From contig NC_043002.1 of assembly GCF_006345805.1 (NCBI RefSeq), positions 119,040,001 through 119,104,000 on the forward strand: a DNA stretch of 64,000 bases, given 5' to 3'. The DNA is from Octopus sinensis (lineage: Eukaryota). Positions 48,479 through 59,403 of the stretch are shown here, in pieces. Position 1 is the stretch's first letter; each line of letters starts with the position of its first letter. Made by a program: the position numbers and the translations under genes. Below the pieces are notes generated by a model. The model saw nothing but the letters and a program-made list of their open reading frames with translations. It was not told where the DNA came from and did no database searches.

Positions 48479-48545
48479 GCATAATACATATATGCATACA
48501 TGTAAGCATACATACAAGCATGCATACATACGCGTATATATGTCT
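47236..48545. repeat. (TACA)n-type microsatellite split by a SINE
   Basis: Arrays at 47236-47751 and about 48110-48545. Confidence 0.95.
47752..48090 (+). mobile_element. tRNA-derived SINE with a V/Meta-like core
   Basis: A-box 47764-47774, B-box 47809-47819, gtgttgtgttcttgagcaagacac core, cattat-repeat tail. Confidence 0.85.
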
Positions 48546-49119
48546 ATATGTATTCATGTAAATATACTTATGAGTGTGTGTATATGTATATATATTTATG
48601 GACAAACACACACACACACTCACACGCACACACAGAAACACACACATACAAACACAAATAATGTGATGGTAAGCGTGTGTATGTTTTCAATTCGGTTTCG
48701 AAACTGAGTCTTTAGGTTGGCTTCCTAGAATTACCAATATTCTACAGAGTTTCCATAGAATGTATGTGACTATTAATTCGAAATTCTCCGATAGAACAAG
48801 TTATATTGCAATCCAAGAGAAAAAACCTCAACAGCTATCTGTTTGTTTCTTCATTATATAAGTATTTTTTTTGTATTAATTTCCAATCGATTTCTTCAAA
48901 AAGACTAATTTAAATATCGATCTGAAAATTAAGTTAAGCAAGTGTCCATTGGAAGAATACAAAACTAAATAAATAAATATATAAACAAACAAATAAATAA
49001 ATGCAAAATTGAGAAAAATGTGCGGAATAACTAATTAAATATAAAAAGTTTTTAAAATGATTATTTAAAATACAAAAATAGTCTGTTTGATAATTACCGG
49101 AAACATGCGTCATAAATGG

Positions 49120-49585
49120 TGCAACAACAGCAGTAAAAACAACGACAAAAACAAACAAGTAAATTAAGAGCTGCAGCAACAACAAGAACAACAACAGCAG
49201 CAGCAGCAGCATCAGCAGCAGCAGCAGCAGTAACAACAACAATAGCAACAACAGTGACGATAACACCACTACCACCCACAATAACAGTAACTGCAATTAC
49301 AACATGCTAACTACAGCAGGAAACAAGAACTCAATAACAAACAGCAAATAATTAAGAGTGAATATAACAACAATAACAACAATAACAACGGGGAAAATTA
49401 ACACTGACAACTACAACAGCAACAGCAACGATAATAATAATAATAATAAACCATAAGAGCATCACAGCAAACCACAGCACATAGTCAAGGCACACAGAGC
49501 TGCGCTCGGCAGTGAAGTGAAGCACGCTATAAAAATAAAACTACTGAATAATAATAACAAACAACAACAACAACAACAACAATAA
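49120..49585. repeat. Mixed (AAC/AGC/AAT)n low-complexity tract
   Basis: Directly visible; contains a 100-bp non-repeat island at 49450-49547. Confidence 0.85.
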
Positions 49586-51372
49586 CGCGCAGTACGGATA
49601 TAAAATGTTTGATAAAAATATAAATCATCTCATTTACATGGATGATTTAAAGCTCTTTGCAAAAAATGACCAACAACTCAAGGACTTACTAACGATTGTT
49701 AAACAATTCAGCGATGACATCAGAATGCAATTTGGCCTCGATAAATGTGCAAAGGCTACTATTATCAAAGGAAAAATGACAGAAACATCTAACGTTTACC
49801 TCGACCAGCAGAATGTCATAAAAGAGTTAGACCCAGCGGAGAGGGGTAATTGAAGGGGATGGAATAAGGCATTCAGTGATGAAGGAAAGGGTCAGGAGAG
49901 AATGTTATCGTAGAGTAAGAGCAATACTCAAGACAGAGCTGAATGCAAGAAACAGGATCGAAGCGATCAATGCTTTAGCCATACTAGTCGTGACTTACAG
50001 TTTCAATATCGTTAACTGGTCAATTACTGAAATATGTAATATTGACAGAAAAATACGAAAACTGTTGACAATGTATGGAATGCACCACCCTAAGGCAGAT
50101 ATAGATCGACTTTATCTACCAAGAAAAGAGGGAGGCCGTAGGCTTTTACAGCTGGCAATAACAACGAAGGTTGCTACAATTGGCCTAGACACCTACCTGA
50201 AAAACTCTGAGGACTGGATGTTAAAACTTGTCTCAAAACATGAAAACAAGAAAGCATCATACTCAGTAACAAAACAGGCAAAGGAATATCTAAGTGAATT
50301 CCGAATACAACAAATTTCGGAATTAGACATACAAGAAACAAGCACAGAAAAAGCTAAACGCACGAAAACCCGTGCTAAAACTGCTGCCTTAGATATTCTG
50401 AATGATAAATGGCAAGAAAAACCTCTCTATGGCAAATACCCAAAGAGAGCGAATGATGCAGATGTTGACAAAGCCCTGACCCATCAATGGCCAATGGCCT
50501 CTGGCTTAAAATCTGAAACAGAAGGGTTTATCATAGCAGCTCAAGATCAATGCCTACCAACAAGGAACTACCAGGCCAACATATTAAAGAACGGCAGTAG
50601 CCCAGCATGTGTATGTCAACAACAAAATGAAACCATTGATCATGTTGTCTCCAAGTGCAGCTTTCTAGCGCCTACAGAGTATCTCAACAGGCATGATAGA
50701 ACTGCACAATATATTCACTGGGTAATATGCAAAAACCTGGATTTTCCCCATTAAAAAAACTGGTGGGAACACACACCACCTCCAGTGCTTGAAAATGACC
50801 ACATCTCACTCCTCTGGAACTTCCCCATTCAAACTGACAGAAAGATAGATGCAAATAGGCCAGACATCATATTGAAAGACTTCAGACAAAGAACATGCCT
50901 CCTCATTGATATGACTGTCCCAATCGATATAAACGTATTTGTCAAGACCTACCAAAAACTGAGCAAATATAAAGATCTTGAAATAGAAATCAGCAAAACG
51001 TGGAACCTGAAGACTAAAACAATACCTGTTGTCATAGGTGCCCTGGGAATGATAGCAAAAGGGGCTGATCGCTACCTAACTCAGATATCAGGAAACCCCC
51101 AAAATGGCAGAAATTCAAAAGATAGTGCTCATGGGAACTGCTCATATCCTACGCAAAATACTTTCAATGTAATCTCAAGTTTTAAAACAAACGTAATTTT
51201 CGTTTAAAAAAAAATTTTTTTTTCAGACATTCACTAGTACAACACTAAATACAAAACCAAATATATGGCACACTAGGCATAACATCACGAACTTCCAACC
51301 TGTTGTCTCTTGAGGTCTCTGGGTGAGACTTGGAACCAACTTGTACAAATATAAAGCAAAAATCAAACATAT
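49586..51372 (+). mobile_element. 5'-truncated Dong/R4-like LINE (RT, CCHC, RLE)
   Basis: YMDDLKLFAK, FGLDKCAK, KADIDRLYLPRKEGGR, C..C..HVVSKC, NRPDII...LIDMTVP...KYKDL; corrected end IQKIVLMGTAHILRKILSM* at 51172; one in-frame stop and frameshifts. Confidence 0.9.
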
Positions 51373-51376
51373 AATG

Positions 51377-51463
<87 letters not shown>

Positions 51464-51482
51464 TAATAATAATAATAATGAT
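51372..51482. repeat. (AAT)n tail or target of the Dong-like LINE
   Basis: Directly visible. Confidence 0.95.
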
Positions 51483-51529
51483 AAAGAGACACAATAACGG
51501 CTGTTACGACGACAGTCATCGTTATCATC

Positions 51530-52082
51530 ACCATCACCACAACCATAACTCCGCTCAACAAGAACAGCAGCAACACCAAGAAGAAAATTAAAGGCAGTCA
51601 CAGCCACCACTGTCATCGCCGCCGCGATCACCACCATCACCACCGTCGCCACCGTCGCCACCGTCGCCACCACCACCAGCACCGCCACCACCACCAGCAC
51701 CAGCACCAGCACCACCAGCACCACCACCACCACACCACCACCACCACCACCACCACCACCACAACCACCACCACCACCACCACCACCACCACACACCACC
51801 ACCACCACCACCACCACCACACCACCACCACCAGCACCACAACCAGCACACACCACCACCACCACCACCACCACCACCACACCACCACCACACCACCACC
51901 ACCAGCACCGCCACCACCACCACCACCACCACCACCACCACCACCACCACCACCACAACCACCACCACAACCACCACCACCACCACCACCACCACCACCA
52001 CCATCACCACCGTCGCCACCGTCGCCACCGTCGCCACCGTCGCCACCACCACAGCACCGCCACCACCACCAGCACCAGCACC

Positions 52083-52113
<31 letters not shown>

Positions 52114-52169
52114 CCACCACCACCAACCACCACCACCACCACCACCACCACCACACCACCACCACCACA

Positions 52170-52200
<31 letters not shown>

Positions 52201-52212
52201 CCACCACCACAA
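51530..52212. repeat. (CAC)n array with CGT/CAG variants
   Basis: Directly visible. Confidence 0.95.
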
Positions 52213-52716
52213 TTAGTCAAAGGCCTGCTTGATCAGGGTTGACCTGAAGCTAAACAGCAACAAGAATAGCAACAACACCACCATCAACAAAAACAGCAAC
52301 CGTAACAACAACAAATACAACAGAAGAAGAAGAAGAAGCAAGCAAGCAGGAGCACACGCACAAACGTACATATAAACAGATGTCGAAAATATAAGAATAA
52401 GATCCATTACCTCCAACAATTACAGATGACGTAGTTACGAAAGAAAATTAACTTTTTGTTGGGATTTCCGGGTTGCAAATTTCCCAGGAAAAAGGCAATC
52501 GGGAACACCTATTATTTAAAAACCTAATTAAAAACTAAAGAGCAGTCAGCTGGCAGACTCGTTCGAAAGTCAGAAAAGTATCTTGCAGTATTTGCTCTGC
52601 ACATTTTGAGTCCAACTTTGACTTTTAGTCGTCCGGGGTCGATAAAATAAACTACCAGTCAAGTACTAGGGTTAATATGCTTTCAAAAATTGCTTAAACT
52701 GGAAATATATGTGAAA

Positions 52717-53117
52717 TCTTTATATATAAAAGTGAGGTTATGTGTCTGTCTCCTACGATTTAGATTCCTAACTACTCCCACATTTTGCGGTGCAGTTTAA
52801 CCAAAACCGGGTATCTTATAGTTGTGATTCATATCGAGCCCTTCTGGGTATTAGCGCGCGTCTACGATGAGTCTACGCTTTAAAACAAAATTTACCATAA
52901 TTTTTTTCCACTTTTAATGCATTTGTTTCGCTATTATATAAGGGAAGTAACTCTCTAAAAATGTCTACGATGAGTCAACGATTTAAAAAAAAATTACCAT
53001 AATTTTTTTTCCATTTTTAATGCATTTTTTTTTGCTATTTTTTGGCTATAACTCTCTAAAAATGCTTATATAGTTATTTCCCTTACAAACCCGAGCAACG
53101 CCGGGCGATACTGCTAA
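52717..53117 (+). mobile_element. Non-autonomous Helitron (H7; end mutated to CTAA)
   Basis: A|TC start, hairpin intact. Confidence 0.86.
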
Positions 53118-53544
53118 TCTAATTATAAATTGCAAAACCGTCAGAAAGCGCTTGAGTTACTTAAAAAGCGGTCTTTTACGCCATTTAAACATCATTTCTA
53201 AAGAGATTTTCTCTGAAACTTGTACAACTGAAATAGACAAAAATAAACGAGCTACAGAAATTAATCTCTAAATTAGTTACTTCTGATGGATTTGCCATGA
53301 ATATTTAAGAGTGTTTTTATTAGAAAAATTATTACTCATAAAGGTTTGATTTTACCAAAGAATGGTTCTCTTTAAATGTAAATGATTCAACATAACTATC
53401 ATATGAAAAAAATTATAATTAGTGAAATAACTAAAAGATGGAATTGAAAAATCCAGTACTTGTTGGTAAATGCATATCTTTGTGTAATCACAGATATTTG
53501 AGTGTGTATATAGATTCATGATAATTGCTGGAATTTAGGAATTT

Positions 53545-53755
53545 ATTCTTTATTCTTTTATTCTTTTATTTGTTTTAGTCATTTGACTGTGGCCATGCTG
53601 GAGCACCGCCTTTAGTCGAGCAAATCGACCCCGGGACTTTGTAAGCCCAGTACTTATTCTATCGGTCTCTTTTGCCGAACCGCTAAGTAACGGGGACGCA
53701 AACACACCAGCATCGGTTGTCAAGCAATGCTAGGGGGACAAACACAGACACACAA

Positions 53756-53790
<35 letters not shown>

Positions 53791-53961
53791 CATATACGAC
53801 AGGCTTCTTTCAGTTTCCGTCTACCAAATCCACTCACAAGGCATTGGTCGGCCCGGGGCTATAGCAGAAGACACTTGCCCAAGATGCCACGCAGTGGGAC
53901 TGAACCCGGAACCATGTGGTTGGTTAGCAAGCTACTTACCATACAGCCACTCCTGCGCCTA
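53545..53961 (-). mobile_element. SINE family D inside the hAT relic
   Basis: Full-length match. Confidence 0.86.
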
Positions 53962-54649
53962 GCAAAATTTATGTAGGTTTACTTGTTGAAAAATATTAAA
54001 AACAAAACTTTCCGGAATTCAATCTTAATTTAGAGAAAGAAATTTGTGGCAGTCGTAACTGATGAACACGTGTTATGGTTAAATTTGGTAAGAGTAATAC
54101 TGCAAGCACCAACTGTGCTATGCATATGAACTTTGTCTGGCTTTTTGCGATGTTCATTAAGCGAAAACTGTATTAATTTGTGATAAAGCTACTTGAACCA
54201 GTAAACCTTGAAACGATGACTATGACGAGTTTGAAGCTACGTTTGAGGATGAAGATCAAAATGAAGATCAAAATGAAGATCAAAATGAAGATCCTGCAGT
54301 TATTACGTTTGTGGTTGATAATTATGTTGACCTGCAGAAGATCGACGAGGAAAAAGTTCAAGCGTTGTAACCGCCATTGTGAAAGTGAGAGCATTTGTCA
54401 ATTCATTTCGTAGGTCTTCAGCAAAAAATACAAGACTTCAGATGTGTTAAAGAGGAGAATAGTCACGAATTGTAAATAATTAATGATATAAAGACGAGAT
54501 GAAATAGTTTATTTGCCATGTTAGAACGATTCTTGTACGTTAAAAGCTGTATTGCAAAAGTTATGATCGATATCAAGCGACATATCGACATTTTAGACAA
54601 TAAATTTAATGCCATTCATGCTGTTGTACCGTCATTGGAATCAATTAAT

Positions 54650-55037
54650 GGATGGAAGCACTCCGTCGGTTACGACGACGAGGGTTCCGGTTGATCCGAA
54701 TCAACGGAACAGCCTGCTCGTGAAATTAACGTGTAAGTGGCTGAGCACTCCACCGACACGTGCACCCTTAACGTAGTTCTCGGGGATATTCAGCGTGACA
54801 CAGAGAGTGACAAGGCCGGCCCCTTGAAATACAGTACAACAGAAACAGGAAGTAAGAGTGAGAGAAAGTTGTGGTGAAAGAGTACAGCAGGGATCACCAC
54901 CATCCCTGCCGGAGCGTCGTGGAGCTTTAGGTGTTTTCGCTCAATAAACACTCACAACGCCCGGTCTGGGAATCGAAACCTCGATCCTACGACCGCGAGT
55001 CCGCTGCCCTAACCACTGGGCCATTGCGCCTCCACCC
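54650..55037 (-). mobile_element. SINE family B inside the hAT relic
   Basis: TSD aatcaattaat at 54639-54649 and 55038-55048. Confidence 0.9.
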
Positions 55038-55633
55038 AATCAATTAATACTGGAATTGAAAAACTTAGTCGGAAAGATGCAACTTTGATCTCTGTAAAAT
55101 ACTTATTTGTTTTTATATTCTAGAAAATTGAATTACCAAAATACTCTGATAGCTCTCATATCAAGAAAACATACCAATAAAAGAATCCAACAGCTTAGAA
55201 AAAATGTGATTGGATTGATGAAGCATTTACATAATCCACTTTTAATTTTAGATGCATTTGACTAATTTCTAATTTTGTCACCAGAAACCTCACAGTGGCA
55301 AAGAAATTGCATGAAAGAATGTTCACTACTTTGTCAGAAGAATCTCTTACTTTCCACTCAGAATGCAGATCCATGTTAATGGAAGAACACCTCACATCAA
55401 AAGAAACGCCCGTACTACAGGGATTAAAGGTTGTCATTAGCAAAGAACATTCAAGCATCTTGTGATCCTTATAGAAACGAAATGTTTGGAGTTACTAGAC
55501 AGGGAGCTGTTAAAATGCAAATACTTTTCGTTACTCTTAATACTGTTCCTCCAACTTTCATCGATGCAGAGAGAGTTGTTGAGCTCTTTATTGCAAAATT
55601 GCAATCACGTTTGAGGGACACTCCTATTGATAA

Positions 55634-56031
55634 CTAGCAGTATCGCCCGGCGTTGCTTGGGTTTGTAAGGGAAATAACTATATAAGCATTTTTAGAGATG
55701 TAAAGTATAATAGCCATCTCAATATGGCTAACCATAAAGGGTGGTGGTGTTACTGTAGCTTTTTACGTTCTGAGATTTAATAATAAATTTTTAGAGAGTT
55801 ACTTCCCTTATATATGCCAAAAATGCATTAAAAAAGGGAAAAATTGATGGTAAATTTTTTAAAAAATCGTAGACTCATCGTAGACGCGCGCTAATACCCA
55901 GAAGGGCTCGATATGAATCACGACTATAAGATACCCGCTTTTGGTTAAACTGCACCGCAAAATGTGGGAGTAGTTAGGAATCTAAATCGTAGGAGACAGA
56001 CAGCACACAACCTCACTTTTATATATAAAGA
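55634..56031 (-). mobile_element. Non-autonomous Helitron (H8, same internal variant as H1)
   Basis: Termini and hairpin; shares the tagccatctcaatatggcta segment with H1. Confidence 0.88.
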
Positions 56032-56329
56032 TAGATATGACGGTTCTTGAGACGATAATATCAATCTGATTGAAATAGTTTTTAGCATTCAAGAAATTTT
56101 AATCTTTTTTTTCCCGTAAATTGTTAAGGGTTTTCTATGCGAGTGTGAGCATGTATCAATATGTATCAATATGATTACCCAGCTTTTCAAGTGTTAGGCA
56201 TTTCTATTTACGACAACAAAAAGATATTAGTACTGCGCAGGAAATGTATCGCTTTCACCGAATATTTGTTAAAATGACTTACAATATTTAATGATTAAAT
56301 CAAATATGTAGTTACCTAATGCATTGGTA

Positions 56330-56735
56330 CTCTTTTACTCTTTTACTTGTTTCAGTCATTTGACTGCGGCCATGCTGGAGCACCGCCTTTAATCGAGCAA
56401 CTCGACACCGGGACTTATTCTTTTGTAAGCCCAGTACTTATTTTATCGGTTTCTTTTGCCGAACCGCTAAGTAACGGGGACATAAACACACCAGCATCGG
56501 TTGTCAAGCAATGCTAGGGGGACAAATACAGACACACAAACACACACACGCATATATATATACATATATACGACGGGCTTCTTTCAGTTTCCGTCTACCA
56601 AATCCACTCACAAGGCTTTGGTCGGCCCGAAGCTATAGTAGAAGACACGTGCCCAAGGTGCCACGCAGTGGGACTGAACCCGGAACCATGTGGCTGGTAA
56701 ACAAGCTACTTACCACACAGCCACTCCTGTGCCTA
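56330..56735 (-). mobile_element. SINE family D
   Basis: Full-length match. Confidence 0.87.
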
Positions 56736-57337
56736 TGTACATGTACGGAAATAAAATAATTTTCTTTTTGTTCAGGCATATTTAATATTCGTTATTTTTG
56801 TCGTCACAAACCAAAATGTCTAGAGCAGAGCAGTGTCTCCCAACCTATTTTCCCCCCAAGTTCCACTATAACTTCCCAGAAAAATGTATACGCCACCGTT
56901 GGCTGGAAAAAACCCCACCCCAACTTTGTTTTTAATATTCCATGACTATATATATTCCTTAAAGAAATAGCCACATTAGGGCATTAGAATAGTGCTATAC
57001 TGTGGCAAACAGTCTTCACACAATATGCTTGACTAAAGGGGTTGGTTTGGCTAGGGTGTATGTCCCACGTTGGGCATGACTGCCACAGAAGGTATAACCG
57101 GGTCAATCTGTCGCACGCTCCAATTTTATCAAAAGTCTTTGTCTCTTGTTAACGGGATTACTCAGCGGTGTTTTTTCTTTTATCTCGTATTTTACTTGTA
57201 TGATAAGTTTCTTTCATTTTTTAAGAATCGGTAAAACGTAAAGCACAAAGGCACAGTTTGTGAAATCTCAGTTCAATATTATTTTATTCTAGCACATACA
57301 GACATACGTGCGCGGGTGCGCACGCAACACACACAAT

Positions 57338-57397
<60 letters not shown>

Positions 57398-57611
57398 TAT
57401 TTCTTTCTTTCTTTCTCTCTCTCTCTCTCTCTCACGCACATACACGTAAGTATTATTAGTGTTTAAACTTAACGGTTAGTTAAAAGTTTGCAGTAAAACA
57501 TCGGCGGCGGCTGAAAAATCCTATCATTTGAATAACCATATAAGGTGGTCTCCGCCTTTTGTACTTTAGTGCTTGAATGGCGTGCTCCACAATCGTTCAT
57601 TGGATATCTAA

Positions 57612-57815
57612 TATCTATATATCTATATATCTATACATACATACATACATACATACATACATACATACATACATACATACATACACACACACATACATAC
57701 ATACATACATACATACATACATACATACATACATACATGCATACATACATACATACATACATACATACATACATACATACATACATACATGCATACATAC
57801 ATACACACACATACA
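57612..57815. repeat. (ATAC)n microsatellite
   Basis: Directly visible. Confidence 0.95.
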
Positions 57816-58184
57816 TAGTGATAGCATAGTGAGAACCGAAAAGATCTTGGTACAAGAAGTTATTAAACATCAAGCACACAGACGGCTTGAATAGGTGACA
57901 AAAGGCGGTTAATACGCGATCAACAAAGTATATTAACCAGAGTATGTTATGCACTTCACCCCATATTGAAACTGACGGAAATTTCAATAAGGTGATCCCT
58001 TTATACAACTCACAGTTTAGCAACGGAAATTGCGAATTATGCGAATATTAATCAGAGTGCAAGAAGTAGAAAAGGTAAATCAAGACTACATATGTTTCCA
58101 AGCTAAACTTAACATGTATTACGTAACACGTAACGCATTAAAATATTGTGTAATTTTTCCTCAGGACTAATTACCCTAACGTAA

Positions 58185-58581
58185 TCTTTATATATAAAAG
58201 TAAGGTTGTGTGTCTGTCTCCTTCGATTTAGATTCCTAACTACTCCCACATTTTGCGGTGCAGTGTAACCAAAACCGGGTATCTTATAGTCGTGATTCAT
58301 ATCGAGCCCTTCTGGGTATTAGCGCGCGTCTACGATCAGTCTACGATTTAAAAAAAAATTACCATCATTTTTTTCCATTTTAATGCATTTTTCGCTATTA
58401 TATAAGGGAAGTAACTCTTCTAAAAATGTCTACGATGAGTCAACGATTTAAAAAAAAAATTACCATCATTTTTTTTCCATTTTGAATGCATTTTTTTGCT
58501 ATTTTTTGGCTATAACTCTCTAAAAATGCTTATATAGTTATTTCCCTTACAAACCCGAGCAACGCCGGGCGATACTGCTAG
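58185..58581 (+). mobile_element. Non-autonomous Helitron (H9)
   Basis: A|TC ... hairpin ... CTAG|T. Confidence 0.88.
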
Positions 58582-58884
58582 TTATATATATGTATATAAC
58601 TGGTGTATCTCATTCCACATGTTCGCACTGTGGCTAGTGAGTGGGACGATGCTGCCGTGTCAGCGGCAAATACATAATCGCACCTGATCAACAGTTATAA
58701 ACTTGGCAGTGCTCGGAAAAAGCGTTAAAAGTTACAACAAGGCTTCCAGTCAACGTTTATTATTTTCTTAAATAGTATCGTTTATTCATTCATCTATTCA
58801 CACATCCATCCGTTCACTTGTTATTTTTAGGAGTCCACCCGTATTTCACATATTACTTATGTAATTCCCATCTCTTCCGTTCTA

Positions 58885-58981
58885 CCACCTGTTATCCATC
58901 CATCCATCCATCCACCTATCCATCCATCTATCTATCTATCCATCTATCTATCTATCTATCTATCCATCTATCTATCCATCC

Positions 58982-59054
<73 letters not shown>

Positions 59055-59083
59055 CTATCTATCTATCCATCCATCTATCTATC

Positions 59084-59166
<83 letters not shown>

Positions 59167-59183
59167 CATCCATCTATCTATCC

Positions 59184-59255
<72 letters not shown>

Positions 59256-59285
59256 CTATCTATCTATCCATCTATCTATCCATCC

Positions 59286-59364
<79 letters not shown>

Positions 59365-59403
59365 CATCCATCTATCTATCCATCCATCTATCTATCTATC
59401 TAT
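58885..59403. repeat. (ATCT)n/(ATCC)n microsatellite
   Basis: Directly visible. Confidence 0.97.

Larger units (their letters stand above)
53118..55633 (+). pseudogene. Fragmented hAT transposase relic
   Basis: GLLRHL, FIRK...LPKN, VTD...VMVKFGK, TR*NSLFAMLERF (54494), LSRKDATL, TVPPTFIDAER...KLQSRLRDTPID; many stops; split by SINEs. Confidence 0.78.

Noticed and set aside
47200-48707. Many long ORFs rich in H/T/Y/I or M/Y/V/C (also 8538-9073, 37711-38063, 57545-58023, 58818-59400)
   Set aside because: Stop-free translations of (TACA)n, (TA)n, (CA)n and (ATCT)n microsatellites.
51223-52419. Poly-G/V/W ORFs and poly-Q-like frames at 48934-49296
   Set aside because: Translations of trinucleotide arrays; no splice or homology support.
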